A stretch of DNA of 64,000 bases from NCBI GenBank assembly GCA_965247115.1, contig CBDFGR010000002.1, positions 64,001 through 128,000 of the forward strand, read 5' to 3'. The stretch comes from Myxococcota bacterium. Its GTDB lineage: Bacteria; Myxococcota_A; UBA9160; SZUA-336. Shown in pieces: positions 42,754 through 52,222 of the stretch; positions within the stretch are counted from its first letter, which is position 1, and the number at the start of each line of letters is the position of its first letter. The translations under genes and the position numbers were made by a program. The notes under the pieces are model-generated. The model was not told the origin of the DNA. It did not search any database and was given only the letters and a program-made list of their open reading frames with translations.

Positions 42754-43662
42754 CTACCTCTCTCCCGAGCTCACGGGCGGCGGCCTGCCGTCGAGCAGCA
42801 CCCCTGGGTTCGCCCGGATCTGCCGGCTGAACTCGTTCATGTTGCGCGTGGTGCCTTCCAGGTTGTGGTTGAACGTATCGATGTGCCGGGCGACCGATTC
42901 GAGGCTGTAGCGGAGGTCGACCAGGGATTGGTCCAGGTTCTCGCGGTTCTGCGCCACGGTCTCCGCGACCAGCTCGATGGCTTCATCAAGGCTGCCGCGG
43001 GTCACCCGGAGCTCGGCAGAGAGCTTGGCGAAGCCACGGGACGTCAGCTCTGCGTTCTCGAGCAGCTGATCGACGCGGACCACCGTCTCGTCGTCGAACA
43101 GCTCGTTCACCCGTGCGCTCGTCTCGGAGAGATCACGGGATACGGCCTCCAGGTTGGAGGCGATCGCAGGCATGCGGGCCGAGAGCTCTTCCAGGAGCGG
43201 CCCAACGCGGCGCTCTACGAGCTCGGCGAGCTCTCCCGCCGCATCGTTCAGCGCGGCGAACACGTCCGCAGATTCCTGGCTCGGGATCTCCGCACCGGGC
43301 TCCAGACTGCCTGTTGCACTCTGGCCGCGAATGTCTAGCTCCACAGACGAGAGCAGCCCGCTCGTGACATAGACCCGGCTGTCGGCCGCGACCGACCAGC
43401 CCTCGCGCAGGCGGAGCTCTACGCGGAAGCGCTGCTGGGCAGCCCGCTCAATTTGCACGAGTCGCTCCACCTGTCCCACGGGATAGCCGTTGTACAGGAC
43501 GCGCGTGCCCCTCGAGATCCCGGCCACGCGCTCGAAGACCGAGTGATAGGAGTCCGTGGCGCCCGTGCGCCCTGCGAGCAGCGCAAGCGCCGTTACGAGC
43601 AGGGCACCCGCCGCCAGCACGAATCCCCCCACCCAGAGGTAGTTGACACGGGCCTCCTGCAC
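42754..43662 (-). CDS. MlaD/MCE family protein with long helical C-terminus
   Basis: NYLWVGGFV TM segment; VAGISRGTRVLYNGYPVGQV; ends IRANPGVLL. Confidence 0.9.
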   Translation of the reverse strand: MQEARVNYLWVGGFVLAAGALLVTALALLAGRTGATDSYHSVFERVAGISRGTRVLYNGYPVGQVERLVQIERAAQQRFRVELRLREGWSVAADSRVYVTSGLLSSVELDIRGQSATGSLEPGAEIPSQESADVFAALNDAAGELAELVERRVGPLLEELSARMPAIASNLEAVSRDLSETSARVNELFDDETVVRVDQLLENAELTSRGFAKLSAELRVTRGSLDEAIELVAETVAQNRENLDQSLVDLRYSLESVARHIDTFNHNLEGTTRNMNEFSRQIRANPGVLLDGRPPPVSSGER

Positions 43663-44477
43663 TAGGCCTCTCCCGTGAGCCGGCTCAGGTACTCGTCCGG
43701 GTCGAGGGGAGCGTCGTCGGAGCGCCGGTGAAGCAGGTCCTGGACCCGAGGGCTCTCGCTCTCTCGCACCTGATCCGTGCTGCCGCTGCTCAGGATCTGA
43801 CCGTGGTCGAGCACCGTGATCCGGTCTGCGATGCGGAACGCGCTCTCGATCTCGTGCGTCACCACAACGATCGTCATGCCGAGTGCGTCCCGCAGCTTCA
43901 GGATCAGCTCGTCGATCGTGGCGGACGCGACCGGATCGAGCCCGGCAGAGGGCTCGTCACAGAAGAGCAGCTCGGGGTCGAGGATGATCGAACGAGCGAG
44001 CGCGGCGCGCTTGGTCATCCCGCCCGAGAGCTCTGCGGGCATGAGCTTGTCGAACCCGGCCAGGTTCACGAGCTCGAGCTTGAGACGCGTCATGATGTCC
44101 ATGGTCGTCTCGTCGAGTCGCGTGTGCTCCCGGAGCGGCAGCTTGATGTTCTCGGCCACGGTCATGGAGCTGAATAGCGCCCCACTCTGGAAGGCGACTC
44201 CCATTTTGCGGCGCAGCTGCAGCATCTCCAAGGCCGGGAGACTGGCGAGGTCCTTACCCAGGATGCGGATGGTCCCGTCCCTGGCGCGCTCAAGCCCGAG
44301 CAGGTGCGCGAGCAGTGTGCTCTTCCCGGCTCCGCTGCCTCCGATGATCACCATGATCTCGCCGCGCGCAACTTCCAGGTTGATCCCGTCGAGAATGCGG
44401 CGTCCGCCGTACTCGGTGACGAGGTCGCGAACCTCGATCGCAGCCTGGGGATTGGCGTCGTTCACTCTCTCGTTCAC
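43662..44477 (-). CDS. MlaF-like ABC transporter ATP-binding protein
   Basis: GGSGAGKS, FQSGALF, LSGGMTKR, CDEPSAGLDP, VTHE. Confidence 0.93.
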   Translation of the reverse strand: MNERVNDANPQAAIEVRDLVTEYGGRRILDGINLEVARGEIMVIIGGSGAGKSTLLAHLLGLERARDGTIRILGKDLASLPALEMLQLRRKMGVAFQSGALFSSMTVAENIKLPLREHTRLDETTMDIMTRLKLELVNLAGFDKLMPAELSGGMTKRAALARSIILDPELLFCDEPSAGLDPVASATIDELILKLRDALGMTIVVVTHEIESAFRIADRITVLDHGQILSSGSTDQVRESESPRVQDLLHRRSDDAPLDPDEYLSRLTGEA

Positions 44478-45271
44478 CGCGTCAGCAGGAAGGCCACCAG
44501 CATGTCTGCAATCACGATTGCCGCAATCGAGTGTACCACCGAGCGAGTGGTCGCCCGGCCGACACCCTCCGCACCTCCCGTCACCGACGAACCGTTCACG
44601 ATGCTGACCAGCGTGATCAGCACGGCGAAGAGCACGCTCTTGCTGAGCCCGTGCAGGAGATCGTCGACCGACACCACGAGGAGTAGGCGTTCGAAGTAGG
44701 TGCTGAGACTCATGCCCAGGTCCGCGGATACGTAGAGCCCCGCTCCCAGCAGACCCACCATGGCAGCCCAGATGGTCAGTGCCGGCAGCATCACGAGCAA
44801 GGCAGCCAAGGCGGGCGCGGCGAGGAAGCGCACCGGGTTGATGCCCATCACGCGCAGGGCATCGATCTCCCGGTTGATCTTCATGGTCCCCAGGCGAGCT
44901 GTGAGGGCCGAGCCAGAGCGACCCGCAACGAGGATTCCGGTGATCACGGGCGCGAACTCCCGTGTCACGGAGAGACCGATGCCGATCACGACCTGCGACT
45001 CCGCCCCGAACGTCTCGAGGGTGTCGATCCCCTGGATCGCCAGCATGGCGCCGATCGTTCCGGCCAGGACCGAGACGATCGGGATCGCCAGGACGCCAAT
45101 CTGCATCATCTGCTCGGCGACGGAGGGCATCCGAACGGACTGGCCGCGGCGCGGGCCCATGAACAGCCAATAGACGCTCTCTGCCAGCAGGGAGGCGGCG
45201 AGCCCGACCTCTTCGACTCCGCGCGTGGCTCCTCGACCGAGCCGCTCGACGAGCTCGCTAGCCGTCATCAC
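44474..45271 (-). CDS. MlaE family ABC transporter permease
   Basis: REFAPVITGILVAGRSGS..LGTMKINREIDAL..GGAEGVGRATT. Confidence 0.93.
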   Translation of the reverse strand: MMTASELVERLGRGATRGVEEVGLAASLLAESVYWLFMGPRRGQSVRMPSVAEQMMQIGVLAIPIVSVLAGTIGAMLAIQGIDTLETFGAESQVVIGIGLSVTREFAPVITGILVAGRSGSALTARLGTMKINREIDALRVMGINPVRFLAAPALAALLVMLPALTIWAAMVGLLGAGLYVSADLGMSLSTYFERLLLVVSVDDLLHGLSKSVLFAVLITLVSIVNGSSVTGGAEGVGRATTRSVVHSIAAIVIADMLVAFLLTR

Positions 45272-45590
45272 CCAGAGCCTGTGCCAGGGTCTCGTGGATC
45301 GTGAAGACCGTCTCGAGCCGCGCGAGCTGAAGGACCCGGAGCGCTGCAGCGCTGACGCGGACGAGACCGAACTCGTGTCCCTGCTTGCGCGCCAGCTGGA
45401 AGGCCTCCACCAGGCTCGCGATGCCGGAGCTGTCGATGTAGGAGACCCGCGCCATGTCGACGAGGACCGGGCGACCGGTCCCTACCTGCTCGAGGAGCAA
45501 GGTGCGCACCGCCGGCGAGGTTTCCAGGTCTACCTCGCCCTCCAGTGCCACGACCGATCGGCCCCGCTCTTCCGTCACCGCGTGGCTCAT
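45258..45590 (-). CDS. STAS domain protein / anti-sigma factor antagonist
   Basis: LEGEVDL and VDMARVSYIDSSGIASLV with the phospho-acceptor Ser motif; ATG 45590. Confidence 0.9.
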   Translation of the reverse strand: MSHAVTEERGRSVVALEGEVDLETSPAVRTLLLEQVGTGRPVLVDMARVSYIDSSGIASLVEAFQLARKQGHEFGLVRVSAAALRVLQLARLETVFTIHETLAQALGDDG

Positions 45591-46006
45591 CGGAGCTGCT
45601 TGACCATCCGAAACAGGTTTCCCTTCTCGGAGATCTGCGGAACGAACCCGCACTCGTCCATCAGCTCCTGGATCAGATGAACCCCGAGCCCGCCCGGGCG
45701 AACATCGTCCAGATCGCGCGGCGCGATCTGCTCCGGCTTCACGCGCGGAGCGAAGTCGCGCAGCCACAGCAGGAGCCTGTCTCCCTCCTGCTCCACCCGG
45801 AGCAGGATGTCGCCCTCCTGCGCAGAGCCGTAGGCGTGGCGGATGATGTTCTGACAGGCCTCGTCCACCGCCAGCACGATCTCATCCACGCAATCGCGCC
45901 CGCAGCCCACACCCCCCAGCGCCTCGCGGAGCTGGGCGCGGACGCCCTTGAGCTCGCTTGCCAGCGCCCGCACCCGCAGCTCCAGGACCGTCCGAGGCTC
46001 AGCCAT
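45587..46006 (-). CDS. RsbW-like anti-sigma factor / Ser kinase (HATPase_c_2)
   Basis: LAVDEACQNIIRHAY, LRD, GGLGVHLIQELMDE; ATG 46006. Confidence 0.9.
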   Translation of the reverse strand: MAEPRTVLELRVRALASELKGVRAQLREALGGVGCGRDCVDEIVLAVDEACQNIIRHAYGSAQEGDILLRVEQEGDRLLLWLRDFAPRVKPEQIAPRDLDDVRPGGLGVHLIQELMDECGFVPQISEKGNLFRMVKQLR

Positions 46007-47234
46007 CGACGCCGAGCACCGTCGCGTCGTCTCGAAGCGGGTCCCGACTGACGTGGGCGACCAGCGCGTCGAGCCGCTCGCCGAGCCGCAGTCCGGCGTA
46101 GTGGCGAACGAGCTGCTCGAATCCGCCAAGGCCGAGCTGATCCCCCCCCGGGTCCGGGCGCCTCCGTGAAGCCGTCCGTGAACACGTACAGGGTCCCCTG
46201 GTCGAGCTTGAGCTCGTGGGGCTCGAATTCCGTATCGGGGAGGATGCCCAGCGGTACCGCCCGGGGCAGCACCGCGAAGAAGCTCCCATCCCGACGGTGC
46301 AACAGCGGTGGCTCGTGTCCGGCGTTTGCCAGCCGAACCCTGCCCGTTGCCGTGTCATAGCTGGCCGCGACCATCGTGACGAACATGCCGCGCGCCGACG
46401 TCTCGCAGAGCTCCGCGTTCAAGCGCGCGAGGATGTCTTCGGGCTCGTGACCTCCGCGGGCGAGGAATCGCGATACAGGCTCGCCGTCTTCGCGCCGAGC
46501 AGGGCGGCGTTCATGCCCTTTCCCGAGACATCACCCACCGCAAAGTGGATCCGGCTCTCTCCCACCAGAAGGAAGTCGAAGAAGTCTCCCGAGACCACTC
46601 GGGCTGGAGCGTTGGCCCCTGCGATCGGGAAGGGAGCGGGCTGGCGCTTCGGAAGCAGGCCGCGCTGGATCTCCGCCGCCAGCTCCAGCTCGCGCTGGAT
46701 CCGCTCGCGCTTCATCAGCTCTGTCGCAAATCTCGTGTTCAACAGGGCCAGGGCCGCCGAGGAGGCCATGCTCAGCAGCAGGTGCTGATCTCGATCGTCG
46801 AAGAGTCCGTCGCCGCCCCGCTTGTTCAGGAGCTCGATCGCGCCGAGGCAGCGTCCCTGGACGGAGAGCGGGGCGCACAGAATGGAGCGGGTCTTGAATC
46901 CAGTCGTCGCGTCGACCCCGGACGCGAAACTCGAGTCGGCCGATACGTCGCGCACGAGCTCGCAGCGGTTCTCGCGCACGCTGCGGCCCACGATGCCCTG
47001 GCCCGGCTCGAGCCGCAGGCCCGTGATCTCGGTGGGCCCCGTGCAGGCGCGACAGACGAGCTCTCCGGTCTGCTCATCGACCAGGAAGACCCCACCCTCC
47101 TCTGCCCCGACCCAGGCCGCGATGCGCTTGACGGCGGTCTCGAGCGTACGGTCCACGTCGAGCGTCGAAGCGAACTCCCGCCCGATCTCGGCGATCAACT
47201 CCAGATGGGTCCCGAGCTCGTCCGCTCCCGCCAT
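45999..47234 (-). pseudogene. GAF + SpoIIE/PP2C phosphatase (RsbU-like) with two frameshifts (possibly sequencing errors)
   Basis: GAF (TRSILCAPL), ELAAEIQRGLLP, SGDFFD, GDVSGKG, NAGHEPPL, FTDGFTE, DDAT. An extra CG near 46470 and an extra C in the C8 run at 46142-46149 break the frame. Confidence 0.88.
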
Positions 47235-47296
47235 CGCCGCTCCGACCGCCCCCGGGGGAGAGTTTACCGTAGACCACGTTCGTGTAGGATCCGGCC

Positions 47297-48058
47297 ATGC
47301 TCTGGCTCGCCCTGGCCGCTCTCCTCTGGACCTCTCCGGCAAGCGCTGCGGAGCAGGAGCCGAGTCTGGCCGAGGTGACGGCGTGTGCGCAGCTCGCGGT
47401 GCCCGATACGCCACGGATCTGGTCGATCGCGTTCACGACGCGGACGCGTGCCGGCGTCGAGAGAAACGTGCGGGCGAACCTCTTCACGCGCCATGACGAG
47501 CTCGAGCGGCGCGTCCTCGTTCTGCGCGTCACGCGACCCGCGGACGTAGCGGGCTCGACGTTGCTGCTCCTGGAGCGTGAGGGGCCCAACGAGATCTTCT
47601 TCAACTCACCGGAGCTGGATCAGCCGCTGCGCATCACGGGCGACGGCGCCCAGCTCAGCCTGTTCGGCACGGACTTCTCGTATGAGGACGTCGAACGCAT
47701 GTACGGCCTCAACCGACCGGTTGAGAACCGACGCCTCGACGACGGGCTCGTGGGGGATCAGCCGGTCTACGTGGTGGAGAGCAAGCCGGCGGGCGGGCCT
47801 GGCGACTCGGCCTACGAGGCGGTGGTCGCCTTCATCGCCAAGGACACCTGCGTTCCGCTTCGCACGGAGTTCTACGAGGCCGATCGGCGGCTCCGCAAGG
47901 TGCTGACGATCGATCCACGCGAGCTGCGCCGCGATGGGGCGGTCTGGATTGCCCATCGCCTTCTGATGAGTGACGTGCTCGACGAATCCGAGACCCGGCT
48001 CATCATCCTGAGCCAGGATCCCACCACGAGCTTCCCCGAGCTTCCCGGCAACCCGTAG
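47297..48058 (+). CDS. LolA-like outer membrane lipoprotein-sorting family protein
   Basis: Signal peptide; PADVAGSTLL, LFGTDFSYEDV, RTEFYE..RLRKVL. Confidence 0.75.
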   Translation: MLWLALAALLWTSPASAAEQEPSLAEVTACAQLAVPDTPRIWSIAFTTRTRAGVERNVRANLFTRHDELERRVLVLRVTRPADVAGSTLLLLEREGPNEIFFNSPELDQPLRITGDGAQLSLFGTDFSYEDVERMYGLNRPVENRRLDDGLVGDQPVYVVESKPAGGPGDSAYEAVVAFIAKDTCVPLRTEFYEADRRLRKVLTIDPRELRRDGAVWIAHRLLMSDVLDESETRLIILSQDPTTSFPELPGNP

Positions 48059-48088
48059 AGCGGGAAACCGAAACGGTGCATCCGAACC

Positions 48089-49474
48089 CTAGAGCTTGTT
48101 GTAGCCGTCGAGGGCGGCGACCTTGTAGGCCTGTGCGAGCGTCGGGTAGTTGAAGACCGAGTCCCGCAAGTACTCGATCCCGCCACCGAGGGCGAGCACG
48201 GTCTGCCCGATGTGCAGGAGCTCCGAGGCGCCGTCCCCGATGATGTGCACTCCGAGCAGCTCCAGGCTCTCACGGTGAAAGATGAGCTTTAGCAGCCCCG
48301 TTTCGTCTCCCATCATCTGCGCCTTGGTGAGCTCCTCGTAGCGCGCCAGCCCCACGTCGTAGGGGACCTTGTCCGCGGTCAGCTGCTGCTCGGTCTTCCC
48401 GACCATCGCGACCTCGGGGATCGTGTAGATCCCGTACGGCAGGAAGGTCGGCGAGTACTCGAAGGGCTCCCCGAACATGTGGCAACTCGCGATCCGTCCC
48501 TGCTCCATCGACGTGGACGCGAGCATGGGAAAGCCAATCACGTCGCCAGCCGCGTAGATGTGGGGGACCTGTGTCTGGAAGTTCTTGTCCACCGGGATGC
48601 GACCGCGCTCGTTCGTCTGCACGCCGGCGGCATCCAGATTGAGGCGATCGGTGTTCGGCTGACGCCCGACCGCGTAGAGGAGCTGGTCGGCGCGAACCTG
48701 CTTGCCGCTCTCCAGCACGGCAGTGACCTGCCCGTTCTCACTCGACACGGACTCGACCTTCTCACCCAGCCGGAACGTGACTCGCCTGCGCCGCAGATGG
48801 TAGGTCAGGGCCGAGATCATCTCCTGGTCGACAAAGTCGAGGATCGTGTCCCTGCTATCGATGATGGTCACGCGGATTCCGAGGGCGGCCATGACGGAGG
48901 CGTATTCGAGGCCGATCACGCCCGCGCCCACGACGATCGAGGTCTTGGGCAGGCTGCCCTCCACGATCTCTGCCAGGTGATCCGAATCGAAGACTCGCTC
49001 ACCGAAGGGAATGTCGGGGTTCTTGGCGGGCCGCGTGCCGCACGCGATCAGCAGGTGGTCCGCACTCACGGTTTCGATGCCCTTCCCGTTCTCGATCTCG
49101 AGTACGTGAGGATCTCGAAAGCGCGCACTCCCCTCCACGACCTCGACGTCGTTTCGCGAGAGCTGATCCTGAACGACCTGCTTCTCTCGCTCCACCACCT
49201 TTTGCACGCGAAACATGAGGTCCTTGACCTCGATCTTGCTCTGCAGGGTGTAGCCGCTGCCATAGAAGGCACGTTGCCGGAAACCGGTGAGATAGAGCAC
49301 TGCCTCTCGCAGCGTCTTGCTGGGAATTGTTCCGGTGTGGAGGCACACGCCGCCGAGCATGTCGGGTCCGTCGACGATCCCCACCCGCTTGTCGAGCTTG
49401 GCCGCCGCGATCGCCGCCTTCTGTCCCGCGGGGCCGCTCCCGATGACGAAGAGGTCGTAGCGTTCAGAGCTCAT
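48089..49474 (-). CDS. sthA: Soluble (Si-specific) NAD(P)+ transhydrogenase
   Basis: IGSGPAGQKAA, CLHTGTIPSKTLREA, LASTSMEQGR, GIYTIPE, FNYPTLA. Confidence 0.9.
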   Translation of the reverse strand: MSSERYDLFVIGSGPAGQKAAIAAAKLDKRVGIVDGPDMLGGVCLHTGTIPSKTLREAVLYLTGFRQRAFYGSGYTLQSKIEVKDLMFRVQKVVEREKQVVQDQLSRNDVEVVEGSARFRDPHVLEIENGKGIETVSADHLLIACGTRPAKNPDIPFGERVFDSDHLAEIVEGSLPKTSIVVGAGVIGLEYASVMAALGIRVTIIDSRDTILDFVDQEMISALTYHLRRRRVTFRLGEKVESVSSENGQVTAVLESGKQVRADQLLYAVGRQPNTDRLNLDAAGVQTNERGRIPVDKNFQTQVPHIYAAGDVIGFPMLASTSMEQGRIASCHMFGEPFEYSPTFLPYGIYTIPEVAMVGKTEQQLTADKVPYDVGLARYEELTKAQMMGDETGLLKLIFHRESLELLGVHIIGDGASELLHIGQTVLALGGGIEYLRDSVFNYPTLAQAYKVAALDGYNKL

Positions 49475-49684
49475 AGGTGGGTTCGGGCAGCAATCGCCGG
49501 AAAATAGCACAGCCGCGCGACTGTCGGATCCGCGACGAGCGTGAAGAAGCTCGCAGCCCCAGCCTCTCGCCACCCTGACCTCGCCCGTGCTCGTGTGCCT
49601 TCCGCCGGCAGCCCATGGCACTTCCACATCGGCGTCCACGCACGAGCCGCGGCGAGCTCCGCGAGCTAGCATCTGGTTGCACGC

Positions 49685-49924
49685 ATGAGTGGTCGCAGAC
49701 CTCCAACGTCCAAGACTCGGGCAGAGGAGCTCGGCTTTCGCATCGTCGAGCTCCCACGGCCGCGCGCTCGCTCGCCCGAGCCGAGCGTATGCCCGAGCTG
49801 CGAGCAGCCCTTCTCGGAAGTCGCCACCCTGCACGAGGACATCGAATCGGGCGACGGCCACAGCGTCGTGCACCTGGAGCGGCGAAGAGGCCTCTGTCCC
49901 TCCTGCGGCTGGATCGACCTGTAG
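49685..49924 (+). CDS. Small putative zinc-ribbon protein
   Basis: Two CPSC motifs in 79 aa; fills the gap between sthA and the ACAD gene. Confidence 0.5.
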   Translation: MSGRRPPTSKTRAEELGFRIVELPRPRARSPEPSVCPSCEQPFSEVATLHEDIESGDGHSVVHLERRRGLCPSCGWIDL

Positions 49925-49933
49925 CGAGGGCTG

Positions 49934-51175
49934 CTAGCGCTTCGCCCGCTTCCCGAACATGATTCCCGCAACGCGGCGAATCTGGATCTCCTCAGAGCCT
50001 TCCGTGATGCGATAGCGCCGGTGGTGCCGGTAGATGTGCTCGAACGGCTTGTGGCGCGTGTAGCCGATCCCGCCGTGCACCTGAATGGCGCGGTCCGCCG
50101 CCTCGCAGACGAGGCGATTCGCCCGGTAGTTGCACATGGAGACCTTGTCGGTGACGTCCATGTGGTGGCCGCGGTCGAGCTCCCACGCGGTCTTGTAGAC
50201 CAGGTTGCGGACGAGCTCGCACTCCGTCTGCAGCTCGGCGAGCGGGAACTGGATCGCCTGGTTCAACCAGAGCGGCTTGCCGAATACCTGGCGCTCCTTC
50301 GCGTAGCGAATGCTCTCATCGATGCAGAACTGTGCCGCGCCGACACCGGAGGCCGCCTGGCGAATCCGGTTCTCGTGCACGAAGGTCTGAGCGAGCGCGA
50401 GCCCCCTGCCCTCCTCGCCGAACAGCGTGGTCGAGGGTACGCGCACGTTCTCGAGCGAGACCTCGGCGTGGTCGCTCGGCATGTTGAAGGTCCACCACAT
50501 GAAGTCGACCTTGAAGCCGGGAGAGTCGGTGGGAACCAGGAAGCACGAGATGCCGTCCGCCTCGCCGGGCGCGCCGCTGCTGCGCGCGAAGATCATGTCC
50601 CAGTTCGCGTCGTGGAGACCAGAGTTGAAGCGCTTGGTCCCGTTCAAAATCCAGTCGCTGCCGTCTCGCGTCGCCGTGGTCTCGAGCCAGGTCGCGTCGC
50701 TGCCGTGGTCCGGCTCCGTGAGACCGAAGCCCACGCGGTGCGTACCCGTGATCATGCCGGGCAGGAACTCCTTCTTCTGCTCCTCGCTGCCGAAGCGCAG
50801 CATCATGATCACGCTCGGGAAGTTACCGACGATCGACGCCTCGTTCTGCAGGTCGTTGTGCAGTCCGAGCCCCTTGGCCGCGAGGTGTTCCCGGATGATC
50901 GCCATGGCCAGGTTCGAGCCGTCCTGCCCCCCGAGCTCTTTGGGCAGCGCAAAGCGCAGGTGGCCTGCCGCGTCGGCCCGTTGGCGCGTCTCGTGCAGGA
51001 GCTCCTCCCACTCGGCGCGCGGCCGGCCGCCATTCTCCCAATCCGTGCGGGCGTTCTCCCTCCGGTGATCGAAGAACTGGATGTTCTCGCGCTCGAGTGG
51101 CTTGATCTCGCGCTCGATGAAGAGATCGAGCTCTGCCAGCTTTCGCTCTATCTCCTCGGGAATCTCGAAGTCCAT
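49934..51175 (-). CDS. Acyl-CoA dehydrogenase family protein (LvaC-like)
   Basis: GLGLHNDLQNE, FGLTEPDHGSDA, QVHGGIG, RRYRITEGSEEIQ. Confidence 0.88.
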   Translation of the reverse strand: MDFEIPEEIERKLAELDLFIEREIKPLERENIQFFDHRRENARTDWENGGRPRAEWEELLHETRQRADAAGHLRFALPKELGGQDGSNLAMAIIREHLAAKGLGLHNDLQNEASIVGNFPSVIMMLRFGSEEQKKEFLPGMITGTHRVGFGLTEPDHGSDATWLETTATRDGSDWILNGTKRFNSGLHDANWDMIFARSSGAPGEADGISCFLVPTDSPGFKVDFMWWTFNMPSDHAEVSLENVRVPSTTLFGEEGRGLALAQTFVHENRIRQAASGVGAAQFCIDESIRYAKERQVFGKPLWLNQAIQFPLAELQTECELVRNLVYKTAWELDRGHHMDVTDKVSMCNYRANRLVCEAADRAIQVHGGIGYTRHKPFEHIYRHHRRYRITEGSEEIQIRRVAGIMFGKRAKR

Positions 51176-51202
51176 GGGAGCTCCTCCGGTGTTGGGACGA
51201 GG

Positions 51203-52222
51203 CTACCCGGTCTGCTCGAACGCAGGCCGTAGCAGCATGAGTGTGTCGTACTCGAGCTCCGCTACGCGTCGGCCGCTGGCAGCCATCACGATCGAGGGCA
51301 CCGACCCGTCGATGTGGGTGGCAGCCTGGTTCGCAAGGCCCACGCCCCAGCGCAGCGTCCCGTAGGTCTTCCACCAGTGGAAGCTCGGCTCGCTCCAGCT
51401 CCCGCCCGCAGTCTCGTAGCCCTCGCGCAGGTCCCTTCGACCGGCGAAGCCGCCGACCTCGAGCGCGTCGCTGCGGAAGCGCCACATGCGCACGCACAGC
51501 CAGCCGAGATCCTCCATCGGGTCCCCAACGTGGCACGCCTCCCAGTCGAGCGACGCGCGGAGCCCGTCGGGACCGACGATGATGTTGCCGTTGCGGAAGT
51601 CCCCATGCACCAGGCAGTTCGCCTTGGGAGGCGGGGGCCGATTGCTCTCCAGCCAGCGAAACGCGAGCGTGAACGCAGGGGAAGGTTGGAGCAGCGCGTC
51701 GATCTGAGGCCCGAGCGTTTGCAGCGCATAGCTCGCGGGCTCCAGGTCGCCGGGCCGCTCCATGCCAGGGTGGATCTGCTCCGTGGTGACCGTATGCAGA
51801 CGCGCCAACGCCTCCCCGCACTGCCGCCCGAGCCGGGGTCCCAGTCCCGGCGTGGCCTCGATCAGCCGCAGGACACGGCGCGGGATCGTCTCGCCAGCAA
51901 TGCGGGTCCCGATGAAGAAGGGACCGCCCACGAACGCTGGATCGCTGCCCGTGGCGTGGATGTGCGGGACCGGCATGCCCGCGGCCTCGGCCAGGCGAAT
52001 CCCCGAGGCCTCAATCTCGATGTCGATCATCTGGATCGCAGGATTCGCGATGACGGTCGCCACCAGCTGGAGCGTGGAGTCGCTGCGCACCGCGTCGAAG
52101 AGCGTGTTCCGGCGCCGCGCTCCTGCCGACGCGAGCTGCACGTTCTCGACGCGGACATGGCTGTCCCATTCGCGCGACAGGAACGCCTCGAGCCCCTTCC
52201 GCGTGGATTCGATCACGCTCAC
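51203..52222 (-). CDS. APH-family phosphotransferase (LvaA-like)
   Basis: LVHGDFRNGN, LDWE, GDPMEDLGWLCVRMWRF; GTG overlaps the upstream stop. Confidence 0.88.
   Translation of the reverse strand: MSVIESTRKGLEAFLSREWDSHVRVENVQLASAGARRRNTLFDAVRSDSTLQLVATVIANPAIQMIDIEIEASGIRLAEAAGMPVPHIHATGSDPAFVGGPFFIGTRIAGETIPRRVLRLIEATPGLGPRLGRQCGEALARLHTVTTEQIHPGMERPGDLEPASYALQTLGPQIDALLQPSPAFTLAFRWLESNRPPPPKANCLVHGDFRNGNIIVGPDGLRASLDWEACHVGDPMEDLGWLCVRMWRFRSDALEVGGFAGRRDLREGYETAGGSWSEPSFHWWKTYGTLRWGVGLANQAATHIDGSVPSIVMAASGRRVAELEYDTLMLLRPAFEQTG

Noticed and set aside
43662..45170. 502-aa version of the ABC ATPase, suggesting a fusion
   Set aside because: The N-terminal extension is an off-frame read through mlaE; the real start is near 44477.
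47244..47264. CCCCCGGGGGAGAGTT, resembling the HNH-flanking palindrome
   Set aside because: Only one arm matches and it is offset by one base; plausible by chance at this GC content.
48089..49873. 594-aa extended SthA
   Set aside because: Recognisable sequence begins at MSSERYDLFVIG (49474); the upstream part is non-coding or overlaps the opposite-strand ORF.
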